From: Acidimicrobiales bacterium
Lineage (GTDB): Bacteria; Actinomycetota; Acidimicrobiia; Acidimicrobiales; Bog-793
DNA length: 64,000 nucleotides
NCBI GenBank assembly: GCA_050010115.1
Contig: JBEKLQ010000003.1
Coordinates: 20,907 to 84,906 of the forward strand
Direction: 5' to 3'
The first letter of the stretch is position 1, and each line of letters starts with the position of its first letter. A program made the translations under genes and the position numbers. The notes under the pieces were generated by a model. The model searched no databases. It was not told the origin of the DNA and worked only from the letters and a program-made list of their open reading frames with translations. Positions 1 to 9,019 of this stretch are shown here, piece after piece.

Positions 1-1282
1 CGAACGGCAGCTCGAGGGCATGACAGGCGCCGAGCCCTCCCCCGCCGAACGGCGTCTCCCAGTCGAACAGGTAGGCGTACGCCGGCCCGCCCCGCCGGGC
101 ATGCAACTCGAGCAGCCGCATCGACGGCAGCCGGAATACCCAGTCCGTCCCGATCGCAGTGTGGAGGTCACGAGGTCCTACGGGATCGCCACGCTCCGAG
201 CGAGCCGTGCGATAGACGTCGATCAGCTCCGCCGCCGGCACCGCGTCGGACAGTCCCGACAGGCGAATCTGAGCGGCGACGAAGCGACGCAGTTGATCGT
301 CGTCGATCTCGTGGCTCGCAGCGGCACTGAAGGTGAAGAACGCCCACTCGTCCCGATTCGTACCTACGACTAGATCGATTCCGGCAGCGCTTCCCCCGGC
401 GATCGCAGCGGCCGGGTGCCGCCGGAGCAGCGCTCCGTCGACGACAGGCTGGAACACCAAGCCCGACGGCCCGTTGCGATTCACCACGGCGGACTGAGCA
501 GCCAGGAGCGACTCGACGGCCTGGCCGGCCAACGATTGGCGGGACACACCGCCGAGGCCGAGCTCGACCGCCAGTGCCTCGGCCGTCGAGCTGGCTGCAT
601 CCATGCCCAATGCCACGGCCGAGCCGCTCTGCATGATCGCCCGGCGGAACAAGCGCCGCGCCTCGGGGACCGCGAGCAAGGCGGCCACGCACATCGCGCC
701 GGCCGACTCACCGAAGATCGTGACATTGCCCGGGTCGCCGCCGAACGCAGCGGCGTGATCCCGGACGAACCGCAGGGCGGCGATCTGGTCCAGCAGGCCC
801 CAGTTGCCGGCGGCACCGCCGGCGCCAGCGTCATGAAGGTCCGGGTGTGCGAGCCAGCCCAGCACTCCGAGCCGGTAATTCAAGGTCACGACGACAACTC
901 CGCGGCGGGCGAGGGCGGCGCCGTGATAGACGGCCACGGAAGACGACCCCCCGAGAAACCCACCCCCATGCACAAACACCATCACCGGCCTCGGCTCGCC
1001 CTCCATAGCGGACGTCCAGATGTTCAGCGTGAGGCAGTCCTCGGACTGCTCCATCGGGTCGCCCGGGATGGACTCGAGAACGGAAGCTGGCGGCTGGGGG
1101 GACCGTGGACCGAAGCGCGTGGCGTCGCGAACTGTCACCCACGGCTCGGGCGGCTGCGGAGCCCTAAAACGACGGTCGCCGACGGGTGCCTCTGCATACG
1201 GAACGCCACGGAAAACGGCCAGACCGTCCTCCAACGTGCCCCTTAACCGTCCGTACCGGGTCTCGACGAGTAACTCTGGCAT
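1..1282 (-). CDS. Carboxylesterase type B (para-nitrobenzyl-esterase-like); 3' end runs off the window
   Basis: Absent from the ORF track because the frame stays open to base 1. My translation from ATG 1282 gives MPELLVETRYGRLRGTLEDGLAVFRGVPYAEAP. It contains the oxyanion block RPVMVFVHGGGFLGGS (~930-1000) and the nucleophile elbow FGESAGA (~700). Confidence 0.85.
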   Translation of the reverse strand, partial: MPELLVETRYGRLRGTLEDGLAVFRGVPYAEAPVGDRRFRAPQPPEPWVTVRDATRFGPRSPQPPASVLESIPGDPMEQSEDCLTLNIWTSAMEGEPRPVMVFVHGGGFLGGSSSVAVYHGAALARRGVVVVTLNYRLGVLGWLAHPDLHDAGAGGAAGNWGLLDQIAALRFVRDHAAAFGGDPGNVTIFGESAGAMCVAALLAVPEARRLFRRAIMQSGSAVALGMDAASSTAEALAVELGLGGVSRQSLAGQAVESLLAAQSAVVNRNGPSGLVFQPVVDGALLRRHPAAAIAGGSAAGIDLVVGTNRDEWAFFTFSAAASHEIDDDQLRRFVAAQIRLSGLSDAVPAAELIDVYRTARSERGDPVGPRDLHTAIGTDWVFRLPSMRLLELHARRGGPAYAYLFDWETPFGGGGLGACHALELPF

Positions 1283-1333
1283 GGCACCTCAAAGCCGGTG
1301 GGACGATGACTGGCACGTCGCAAGGTAGTCGCC

Positions 1334-1374
1334 CAACAGGTCTTCCCCTGTTGCCAACGGGTGTCATGTTGACA
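1334..1374 (+). promoter_or_regulatory. Hairpin (CAACAGG-N6-CCTGTTG, 1334-1353) followed by the inverted repeat TGTCA-N3-TGACA (1362-1374), which overlaps a TTGACA hexamer, in the divergent esterase/NlpC-P60 intergenic region
   Basis: Read directly in the locally AT-richer 124-bp gap. Position relative to ATG 1407 is compatible with a -35 element or operator. No experimental support. Confidence 0.25.
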
Positions 1375-1406
1375 TTTGTGTCTATTGTGGCCAAAGTTAA
1401 TAGTTC

Positions 1407-2663
1407 ATGACGAGGTCTTGGCCCCGCAAAGGACGTCTTGCGGCCGTTGCGTCGGCCGTCATCATCACCTTTGGCGCCGTCGGCTTGTTCGGGCCGGCGG
1501 GCACGGCAGCCGCCTCGAGTCCACCCACGCCGGGACAGATCGCCAGCCTGCAGCAGAAGGCGGACACCCTCGCTGCTCTGCTCACCGCCGATCAGAACAA
1601 GATCCAGATCGCCGCCGAGGGCTACGACGAGGCGCTGATCGTCCTCGGTAAGGACCGAGCCAAGCTGCAGTGGACCAAGGAACGGTTGGCGGCACTCCAC
1701 AAGGCCCTCGAGGCAGCGCTGGCCAACCTGCGCAACACGGCGGTGGCGGCGTACGTGACCGACAACGGAGCTGCGGCATCGCTGGCGGTGCTCGATGGCA
1801 CCGCCGAGGACGCCGGGAGCATCGCCGCCTACGCCGGCAGTGTCACGGACCAGTTGCAGAATGCCGAGCAAGCCCTCGCAGCCGCCAAAGACCGTGTCGC
1901 CGCCGAGGTCACCGTCCAGACGGCGCAGGAGCACCAGGCCGAGGTCCAGGTGCGCAACGCCGCCGCCGCCCGCACAGAGGCCGAGAAGGCGACGCAGCAG
2001 GTCACGACGATCCTTCACGCAGTGAGGGGCCGGCTGGCGACAATGATCATCGAGCACGAGCAGGCTGTGGCCGCAGCAGCGGCCGCACGCGCCCGCAAGC
2101 TGGAGCAGGAGCGGCATGCAGCTGCGGCGGCAGCCGCTGCAGCTGCCGCCGCCCAAGCAGCCTCCACGGCGGGCTCGGTCGACGGGTCGGACCCGTCGCC
2201 GAAGAACAATGCCGGTGCCGGAGCAGCTCAGGGCTCCGCAGGCGACACCGGCGCCTACCAGCCGCTCGTGCCGGCGGGGACCAACGTCGCAGGCAATACC
2301 GCCCTCGCGGCGGCCGAGAGCTACCTCGGGGTCCCCTATGTCTGGGGTGGCGCCAGCCGCCGGGGCGTCGACTGCTCGGGTCTCACGATGCTCGCCTGGG
2401 CCGCCGCCGGAGTGGCCTTGGCGCACGGGGCCACGGCGCAGTACGCCGAGTCGACCCATATCTCCCCGTCGCAGATCGAACCCGGTGACTTGATCTTCTA
2501 CCACTTCGCCAATGACGGTCCTTGGCCGATCACTCATGTGGCGATGTACGCCGGGTCCGGGCCGTACGGCACGCAGACCATCATCCAGGCGGCCGAGACC
2601 GGCACCAACGTCGCCTACTACCCGATGTACTGGGACGGCTTCGTCGGGGTCGGCCGCCCGTAA
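1407..2663 (+). CDS. Secreted NlpC/P60 peptidoglycan endopeptidase with N-terminal coiled-coil (RipA-like architecture)
   Basis: 418-aa track ORF. It has a signal-like N-terminus (LAAVASAVIITFGAVGLFGPAGTAAAS) and a long Ala/Gln/Glu-rich helical region including a poly-Ala run. The C-terminal core is YLGVPYVWGGASRRGVDCSGL...ITHVAMY, carrying the NlpC/P60 Cys/His. Confidence 0.9.
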   Translation: MTRSWPRKGRLAAVASAVIITFGAVGLFGPAGTAAASSPPTPGQIASLQQKADTLAALLTADQNKIQIAAEGYDEALIVLGKDRAKLQWTKERLAALHKALEAALANLRNTAVAAYVTDNGAAASLAVLDGTAEDAGSIAAYAGSVTDQLQNAEQALAAAKDRVAAEVTVQTAQEHQAEVQVRNAAAARTEAEKATQQVTTILHAVRGRLATMIIEHEQAVAAAAAARARKLEQERHAAAAAAAAAAAAQAASTAGSVDGSDPSPKNNAGAGAAQGSAGDTGAYQPLVPAGTNVAGNTALAAAESYLGVPYVWGGASRRGVDCSGLTMLAWAAAGVALAHGATAQYAESTHISPSQIEPGDLIFYHFANDGPWPITHVAMYAGSGPYGTQTIIQAAETGTNVAYYPMYWDGFVGVGRP

Positions 2664-2714
2664 TTCCGTCACGTTCCCGGCCCCCGGGGACGCCATCCCC
2701 GGTACCATCCGACC

Positions 2715-3731
2715 ATGGCTCCACAGCCCGCACAACCCACACAGCCTGCACGGCGCCCAGCGCCCACAGAGCCCGAGACGATCGCTGGGCCGACCGGTGC
2801 CACTGAGCCATCCGGCGCCTCTGGCAAGCCGGCACGCCGCGGCCGACCCCCGGCATCGGTCGCTGTCGCGTCCGGCACGGTCGCGCAGATGCTTCATTTC
2901 CCCGGGCTGGAGCCCCAGCCGGCCAACCCGCTGGCCGACCCCGCTCGCCGCTCGGACGTCGACGAGTGGGGACGTTCCGAGAGCGCGAGGCGGTTGGCCA
3001 GAAGGCTCGGGGGTTTCTACTACCGGAGGTGGTTCCGGGTGGAGTGGGAAGGACTCGAGAACATCCCCACGTCCGGTGGCGCCCTCCTCGTGGGCAACCA
3101 CGCCGGGGCCATCCCCTCGGACGCGCCCATGATCATGCACGGGGTCGAAGAGGAGCTCGGGCGCCCTGTCTACGGCCTTGCCGACAACTTCTTCCGCACG
3201 GTCCCCCTGGTGGGCACCGAATGGAGTCGCATGGGCGGCGTGGCGGCGCACCCCGACAATGCCCACCGCATACTGCACGACCATCAGCAGTTGGCGCTCG
3301 TGTTCCCCGAGGGGATCAAGGGCCCGAGCAAGCTTGCATCCGAGCGATACCAGTTGCGGCGGTTCGGGCGTGGCGGGTTCGTCGAGACGGCGATGCGAGC
3401 CGGCGTGCCCGTGATCCCGATCGCCGTCGTGGGAGCCGAGGAGTCGATGCCGATCCTGTACCGGCTGCCCGGGATCGCCAAGGTGCTGCGGCTCCCGTAC
3501 CTGCCGCTCACGGCGAACCATCTCGTGTTCGGCCCGGTGCTCGGCACGGTCCTGTACCTGCCGGCGAAGTTTCGATTCCGGGTGCTCCCTCCGGTTCAGT
3601 TCGACGTCGCCCCGAGGCTCCCGAAGTACCCGCGGGGCCGGGTGATGGACGAGGCCGAAGCCATCCGCCAGCAGCTGCAAGAAGCCCTGTACGACATGCT
3701 GGCCCACCGGCGCAGCGTCTGGTTCGGGTGA
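2715..3731 (+). CDS. Lysophospholipid/glycerol-3-phosphate-type acyltransferase (PlsC family, Rv0502-like)
   Basis: 338 aa. It has the block LLVGNHAGAIPSD (HX4D type) and FPEGIKGPSK. The Pro/Ala-rich first ~90 aa make the true start uncertain. It is coupled to the downstream epimerase. Confidence 0.8.
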   Translation: MAPQPAQPTQPARRPAPTEPETIAGPTGATEPSGASGKPARRGRPPASVAVASGTVAQMLHFPGLEPQPANPLADPARRSDVDEWGRSESARRLARRLGGFYYRRWFRVEWEGLENIPTSGGALLVGNHAGAIPSDAPMIMHGVEEELGRPVYGLADNFFRTVPLVGTEWSRMGGVAAHPDNAHRILHDHQQLALVFPEGIKGPSKLASERYQLRRFGRGGFVETAMRAGVPVIPIAVVGAEESMPILYRLPGIAKVLRLPYLPLTANHLVFGPVLGTVLYLPAKFRFRVLPPVQFDVAPRLPKYPRGRVMDEAEAIRQQLQEALYDMLAHRRSVWFG

Positions 3732-4783
3732 TGGGCCGGCGCATACTGCTCACCGGGCTCGACACGTTCTGGGGAGGGCGGGTCGCCGCTGCTCTCGAGC
3801 GTGACCTGGAGATCGAGATGTTGCTCGGTATGGGCACGGGAACGCCATCGGTGGCGCTCGAGCGCACCGAGTACGTCCGGGCCGACAGCAGCTACTCGCT
3901 CCTCGCCCGGATCGTGAAGGCCACGCAGGTCGACACGATCGTGCACACGTTCCTCGTGGTGGACTCGTCGGCGATGTCGGGCAGGGCGTTGCACGAGACG
4001 AACGTCATCGGGACGATGAACCTGTTGGCAGCCGCCGGCGCAGCCGGCTCGTCGGTTCGCCAGGTGATCGTCAAGTCGTCGTCCCTCGTCTACGGTTCGC
4101 ACCCGGCTGATCCGGTCTGGTTCACCGAGGACACGCCCCGATCGCTGCCGCCGCGCTTCCGCCTGGAGCGATCGCTCGCCGAGGTCGAGTCCTACGTGCG
4201 CGACTTCGCCGACGAGAACCCGGGCGTGACCGTGACCGTGCTGCGTTTCGCCAACGTGCTGGGCCCGAACATCAATACGCCGATCAGCCGCAATCTGGCC
4301 CGTGGGGTGATGCCCTGCATCGCCGGGTTCGACCCACTGATGCAGTTCGTCGCCGAGGAAGATGTCGTGCGATGTCTGCAGACGATGGTGTTGCAGTCGA
4401 TCGCCGGCACGTACAACGTGTCCGGCGACGGGCGGATCCCGATCAGCGAGGTCGCCAAGATCGCCGGCGCCTGGAGGTTGCCAATCTCGCCGGTGTTCAC
4501 TCGTCAAGCTGTGGCCCCACTGATCCGGCTGGGGCTGCTCGACCTGCCGGTCGAGCTCGAGCACTTGCTCCGCTATGGGCGGGGGATCGACACGACGAGG
4601 CTGAAGGCCGCTGGTTTCGAGTTCTCGACGAGCTCAGCCGGTGCCATCGAGCGGTACGCCGAGGTGATGCGGCTGCGCCGGGCCATCGGCGACCACACGC
4701 CCGGCTACAAGTACGAAGCGGATGTCGAAGCGTTCTTCAAGCACTCGCCGGCGATCGTGCGCCAGACCGAGGCGGCTCGGTAG
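3731..4783 (+). CDS. NAD-dependent epimerase/dehydratase family protein (Rv0501/GalE2-like partner of the acyltransferase)
   Basis: Internal ATG (codon 256) of track ORF 2966..4783. The ATG shares its A with the upstream TGA (TGATG). The product starts MGRRILLTGLDTFWGGRVAAAL (Rossmann). The 255 upstream codons are an Arg/Pro-rich shadow of the acyltransferase gene. Confidence 0.85.
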   Translation: MGRRILLTGLDTFWGGRVAAALERDLEIEMLLGMGTGTPSVALERTEYVRADSSYSLLARIVKATQVDTIVHTFLVVDSSAMSGRALHETNVIGTMNLLAAAGAAGSSVRQVIVKSSSLVYGSHPADPVWFTEDTPRSLPPRFRLERSLAEVESYVRDFADENPGVTVTVLRFANVLGPNINTPISRNLARGVMPCIAGFDPLMQFVAEEDVVRCLQTMVLQSIAGTYNVSGDGRIPISEVAKIAGAWRLPISPVFTRQAVAPLIRLGLLDLPVELEHLLRYGRGIDTTRLKAAGFEFSTSSAGAIERYAEVMRLRRAIGDHTPGYKYEADVEAFFKHSPAIVRQTEAAR

Positions 4784-4824
4784 CGCGCTGGGGGGTCGGC
4801 ACGTGGGTGTCGGGAAGATGCCGG

Positions 4825-5454
4825 TCAGAACGTGCCCGGGGTATTCAACCACTGCCGTATGTACCGGTCGCGCCTCTCGGCCCACTCCTCGCCGGTGATC
4901 GCATACCGGACGTGGTCTTCCCATTTGCCGTCGATCTCGAGGTAGCGCAGGGCGATGCCTTCGCCGCGAAGCCAGAGTTTCTGTGCCACTCGACGGCTCG
5001 GGCGGTTCCTCGGGATGATCGACACCTGGACACGGTGCAAGGCCAAGTCCTCGAACGCAAAACGGAACAACAACACGCATGCTTCCGGCACATACCCACG
5101 TCCCGCGTGCAGTTGGTCCATCCAGTAGCCGACGTAGGCGTTCTGAAACGGTCCGCGCTGCACCGACGACAGGTTGACCTCCCCAACGAAACGCGAGGCG
5201 GCGAAGATCCCGAACGCGTAACCCGTCCCGAGCTGCCGCTCACGCTCGCGCATGGAACACCGAGCGGCGAAGCTGGCGCGGTCTTCAGGTGGGTAGGCGG
5301 CGTTGCTCGGACGCGGCTCCCAGGGCAGAAGCCAGTCACGACACCGTGTACGAACTTCGTGCCAGGCTTCGAAGTCCTCCTCCCGCAACGGCCGGAGCTT
5401 GACTCGCCGGCCGGCGAGCTCGGTGGATACGCCCGGGGCGGTCAACTCTGCCAT
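4825..5454 (-). CDS. GNAT N-acetyltransferase (RimJ/RimL-like)
   Basis: 209 aa. It shows the RLRPLREEDFEAWHEVR...LLPWEP pattern and GYWMDQLHAGRGYVPEA, typical of Acetyltransf_3/RimJ-type GNATs. Confidence 0.8.
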   Translation of the reverse strand: MAELTAPGVSTELAGRRVKLRPLREEDFEAWHEVRTRCRDWLLPWEPRPSNAAYPPEDRASFAARCSMRERERQLGTGYAFGIFAASRFVGEVNLSSVQRGPFQNAYVGYWMDQLHAGRGYVPEACVLLFRFAFEDLALHRVQVSIIPRNRPSRRVAQKLWLRGEGIALRYLEIDGKWEDHVRYAITGEEWAERRDRYIRQWLNTPGTF

Positions 5455-5495
5455 GCCATCCCGCGCGACGGGTCAGGACTCGTCACACCCTTATC

Positions 5496-8400
5496 GTGGC
5501 AGATCCAGACCCCCGCCGCCTACGATTGCCACGTGGATCCGCTTGTCCGGTGCAGTGTGCGGGTAGTACTGATGCGATCCCTCTGTCCCCACTCCTCATG
5601 AAGGTGCGCGCAGCGAACACCCCCACGCAACGGCACATGCCGACCGGCACACCGCCCAGCGGCGTGCCCTACGCGGTGCTCGTCGTGGGGATGCATCGCA
5701 GCGGCACATCCGCCGTCACCTCAGCACTCGGCGCCCTGGGTCTCGCCCTGCCTCGTGTCGGCGACCTACTCGGCGCCCGGCACGGCAACGACCGGGGGCA
5801 CTACGAGAGCCTTTCGCTTATGGTCGTCTCCGACGAGATCCTGCAGCGGCTCGGGGGAGGATGGGACGATCCTCCCCACCTTCCGGCTGACCCTGCCGGA
5901 TCCGAGGAGCTGGCGCCGATCGCACGCCGGGCAACGGCCACGTTCGAGGCGTCGTTCGGCACGCCCGAGCGGGCTGTGTGCTGGAAGGACCCGCGGACAG
6001 CGGTCCTGTTGCCGTTCTGGCGCCAGGTGATCGAGCGGCCGGTTGCCGCCGTGCTGTGTATACGCCACCCGCTCGACGTGGCCCGTTCGCTGCAGCGCCG
6101 GGACAGGCTCGCAATCCCGATCGCCTTGGCGCTCTGGGAGCGCTACTACCGCCGTGCTGTCGCAGGCCTCGCCGGGCTCCCGGTCTTCGTCACGACCTTC
6201 GATGACGCGGTCCGCGATCCGGCCGCCTGGCGGTTGCAGATGCAGGCTTGGATCAAGTCGCTCGGGATCGAGGTGGGCGCAAACGGGGCCGGCGAGATGC
6301 CGTTCGATCCGAGCCTCCAGCACTACCGGACGGAACCGGCGGGCGCCCGTGAGACTCACCTGGGCGGCGATCGCGGCGATCGCGGTGGTCGCTCCGGCAG
6401 CGCTCGCTCTGACGCCGGCGCGGCCGGGGCGGGCGGACAGGCCGACGGCGGCGGGGACCGGGAGTCGGGCGTACTCGAGTCGCAGGCGGTGCTCTACCGC
6501 GACCTGCTTGGTCTCGTCGGTGCGCACGACTCGTTCGGCTACGTGCCGACGATTGTCGAGTCACCGTGGACCGACCATGTGCTCGAGCAGCGCCGGGACT
6601 CGCTCCGCATGTGGCGCGCCCTCGACTGGCTCAGCCAGGAGCTGGCGGGTCACCTGCTCGCCGCTCCCGTGGCAGCCTCTCCGCAGGTGGACCCATACCC
6701 GCTGAACGCCACCGAGGATCTCGACGGATACCGCGCCTGGTTGACCGCGCGGGGCGAACCCACCCAGCTGCCGAGGATGTCGGTCTCCGACCTGGTGGCT
6801 GCGGCAGGACCCGAAGGCTCCTCGGGGCAGTCACAGACGGGGCCGGCGAGCTCGGTGCGGCGCGTCCTTGGCACGGTTGCGGCGGTTCCCTCCTCGGCAG
6901 CCAAGCGGGCGTTCCACCCACCCACAGTCGCGACGACCCCGACCACCGCCGGTGAGCCGGCGCTCGCCGCTCCACAGGCCACGGCCTCGCTGTTCAGCGT
7001 CGTCGTGCCCTGTTACCGATCCCCGTTGTGGGCGATCGACCGTGCCGTGGCGTCCGTGCTGGCGCAGGACTACGCGGACTGGGAGCTGTGCCTGTGCGAC
7101 GACGGGTCGGACGATCTGGCACTGTCGGAGCGACTCAGCGAGCTCACCACCGTCGACCCCCGGATCCGGGTCGCGACAAGGCTGCGCAACGGTGGCATCT
7201 CGGCTGCCACCAATTCGGCACTGGAGCTCGCCACTGGAGGTTACGTCGTGTTCCTCGACCACGACGACGAGCTGGCCCCGACCGCGCTCAGCCAGATCGC
7301 AGCGGCGATCGCGGAGCGACCGGACACCGATCTCGTCTACTCCGACGAGGACAAGATCGACAACGACGGCAATCGCCACATGCCGAGCTTCAAGCCGGAC
7401 TGGTCACCGGATCTGCTGCTGTCGAACGCCTACATGTGCCACGTGCTCGTCGTTCGCCGCAGCCTGGTCACCGAGCTCGGCGGCCTCCGCTCCGAGTTCG
7501 ACGGTGCTCAGGACTACGACCTGATGCTGCGGGCAACCGAGCGAACCACCGCCATCGTCCACATCCCGGAGGTCTTGTATCACTGGAGGACCATGGCCGG
7601 ATCCGCCAGCGGTGACGCATCAGCCAAGCCCTGGGCCTTCGAAGCCGGCCGCCTGGCCGTCGCCGACGCCGTGGCGCGCCGCCACATCGACGCCACAGTC
7701 GTCCACCACCCGAAGGTCCCGGGCAGCTACCACGTGATCCGGCGGCCGAAGACCGACGCCCTCGTGAGCGCGATCATCCCGTTCCGCGACGAGCCAGCCC
7801 TCACGGCCGCCTGCTACCGCTCGTTCATCGAGCAGGCCGGCTACGACAACTTCGAGCTGCTGCTGGTCGACAACGACAGCGCCCTCCCCGAGACCCGAGC
7901 GCTGCTGGAGGATTTGGCCCGAGACCATCGCGTGCGCCTGCTGGAGGCGCCGGGCCCCTTCGACTGGGTCGCCATCAACAACGAGGCAGCGCGCAAAGCG
8001 CGAGGCGATCTCCTCCTGTTCCTCAACAACGACGTGGAAGCCCGCTCGGCGGGCTGGCTGTCGGCGATGGTGGCGCAGGCAGAGCGCCCTCAAGTCGGCG
8101 CGGTCGGGGCGCGCCTGCTCTACCCGGACGGGACGATCCAACACGCCGGCGTGGTCGTCGGTGTCGGCTGGGGCGCCACTCATGTGCAGCACAGCCTCCC
8201 GGCCGAGCACCCGGGTTACCTCTCGCTCACCACGGTCACACGGAACTTCTCTGCGGTCACCGGAGCCTGCATGATGACGCGGCGGTCGGTCTTCGAGGAG
8301 GTGGGGGGTTTTGATGGGAATTTACCGATCGCGTTCAACGACATCGACTACTGCCTGCGCCTGCGCGAGCTGGGGTTGCTCATCGTCTACACGCCCTTGG

Positions 8401-8621
8401 CCGAGCTGGTCCATTACGAGTCGAAGAGCCGGGGGCACAGCGATGACGTGAAGGAGGCACCGTTCTTCCGCCGCCGCTGGCGGACGCTGATGCTGTCGGG
8501 GGACCCGTACTACAACAAGAATCTGGGCCGTTTCGACAACAATTGCCGGCTCCCGAGTCAGGAAGAAGAGGCGCAGTGGCAGATATTCCGCTCGATGCTC
8601 AACGAGTCGTCGACGAGCTGA
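5496..8621 (+). CDS. Three-module fusion: sulfotransferase-like domain + two family-2 glycosyltransferase domains
   Basis: 1041 aa. N-terminal region has VVGMHRSGTSAVTSAL (PAPS 5'-phosphosulfate loop type) and IRHPLDVARSL (3'-phosphate motif type). The linker is low-complexity Gly/Asp/Arg. GT2 #1 has FSVVVPCYRS...CLCDDGSDD...FLDHDDEL. GT2 #2 has VSAIIPFRDE...LLVDNDS...FLNNDVEA. The start is uncertain (GTG 5496, ATG 5598 or ATG 5637). Confidence 0.8.
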   Translation: MADPDPRRLRLPRGSACPVQCAGSTDAIPLSPLLMKVRAANTPTQRHMPTGTPPSGVPYAVLVVGMHRSGTSAVTSALGALGLALPRVGDLLGARHGNDRGHYESLSLMVVSDEILQRLGGGWDDPPHLPADPAGSEELAPIARRATATFEASFGTPERAVCWKDPRTAVLLPFWRQVIERPVAAVLCIRHPLDVARSLQRRDRLAIPIALALWERYYRRAVAGLAGLPVFVTTFDDAVRDPAAWRLQMQAWIKSLGIEVGANGAGEMPFDPSLQHYRTEPAGARETHLGGDRGDRGGRSGSARSDAGAAGAGGQADGGGDRESGVLESQAVLYRDLLGLVGAHDSFGYVPTIVESPWTDHVLEQRRDSLRMWRALDWLSQELAGHLLAAPVAASPQVDPYPLNATEDLDGYRAWLTARGEPTQLPRMSVSDLVAAAGPEGSSGQSQTGPASSVRRVLGTVAAVPSSAAKRAFHPPTVATTPTTAGEPALAAPQATASLFSVVVPCYRSPLWAIDRAVASVLAQDYADWELCLCDDGSDDLALSERLSELTTVDPRIRVATRLRNGGISAATNSALELATGGYVVFLDHDDELAPTALSQIAAAIAERPDTDLVYSDEDKIDNDGNRHMPSFKPDWSPDLLLSNAYMCHVLVVRRSLVTELGGLRSEFDGAQDYDLMLRATERTTAIVHIPEVLYHWRTMAGSASGDASAKPWAFEAGRLAVADAVARRHIDATVVHHPKVPGSYHVIRRPKTDALVSAIIPFRDEPALTAACYRSFIEQAGYDNFELLLVDNDSALPETRALLEDLARDHRVRLLEAPGPFDWVAINNEAARKARGDLLLFLNNDVEARSAGWLSAMVAQAERPQVGAVGARLLYPDGTIQHAGVVVGVGWGATHVQHSLPAEHPGYLSLTTVTRNFSAVTGACMMTRRSVFEEVGGFDGNLPIAFNDIDYCLRLRELGLLIVYTPLAELVHYESKSRGHSDDVKEAPFFRRRWRTLMLSGDPYYNKNLGRFDNNCRLPSQEEEAQWQIFRSMLNESSTS

Positions 8622-8647
8622 GGACGTCGCGCCGGGAAGCCGGCACT

Positions 8648-9019
8648 GTGGCACCCAAGTGTTGGGCGCCGTCTGAGTCCTTCGACTCGACGATCCAACA
8701 CCTGGCACGGCCGCCGGTACACCTGAACGACCACCTCGGCTGGATGCACGACAACTGGGACCTGAGGGCCATGCTGGCACCGCCACGCGGACCCGGCGTG
8801 CGCGGGCTGACACACCGGGTCATCCATCGCGTGGTGATGGTGGTGCTCGGCCCGTACCTCGACCGCTTGCAGGACTACCTCGGGGTCAATGTACGGGCGC
8901 TCGACGACGTCGCCAGGCGTGCGGACGACAACTCGGCGGCTCAGCTGCGGCTGGTGGGTGCCGTGCGCGCCGACCTCATCGACTTCGCCCACCACATCGA
9001 CGAGCGCCTGGATGGCTGA
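8648..9019 (+). CDS. Small helical hypothetical protein of the glycan locus
   Basis: Same frame as track ORF 8543..9019. I prefer GTG 8648, which lies after the upstream stop and is preceded by GGGAAG. The C-terminal part HRVIHRVVMVVLGPYLDRLQDYLGVNVRALDDVARR...LIDFAHHIDERLD looks like a real helical protein. Its stop overlaps the next gene's ATG by 8 nt. Confidence 0.5.
   Translation: MAPKCWAPSESFDSTIQHLARPPVHLNDHLGWMHDNWDLRAMLAPPRGPGVRGLTHRVIHRVVMVVLGPYLDRLQDYLGVNVRALDDVARRADDNSAAQLRLVGAVRADLIDFAHHIDERLDG

Noticed and set aside
1164-3707. 847-aa ORF on the minus strand, the second longest in the track
   Set aside because: It is antisense to two well-supported plus-strand genes (NlpC/P60 and the acyltransferase). 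Its product is Arg/Gly/Pro/Leu-rich with no motif. This is a typical shadow ORF of a GC-rich genome.
2966-3730. 255-codon N-terminal extension of the epimerase ORF
   Set aside because: It overlaps the acyltransferase gene out of frame and is Arg/Pro-rich. The Rossmann fold starts right at the internal ATG 3731, which is coupled to the upstream stop.
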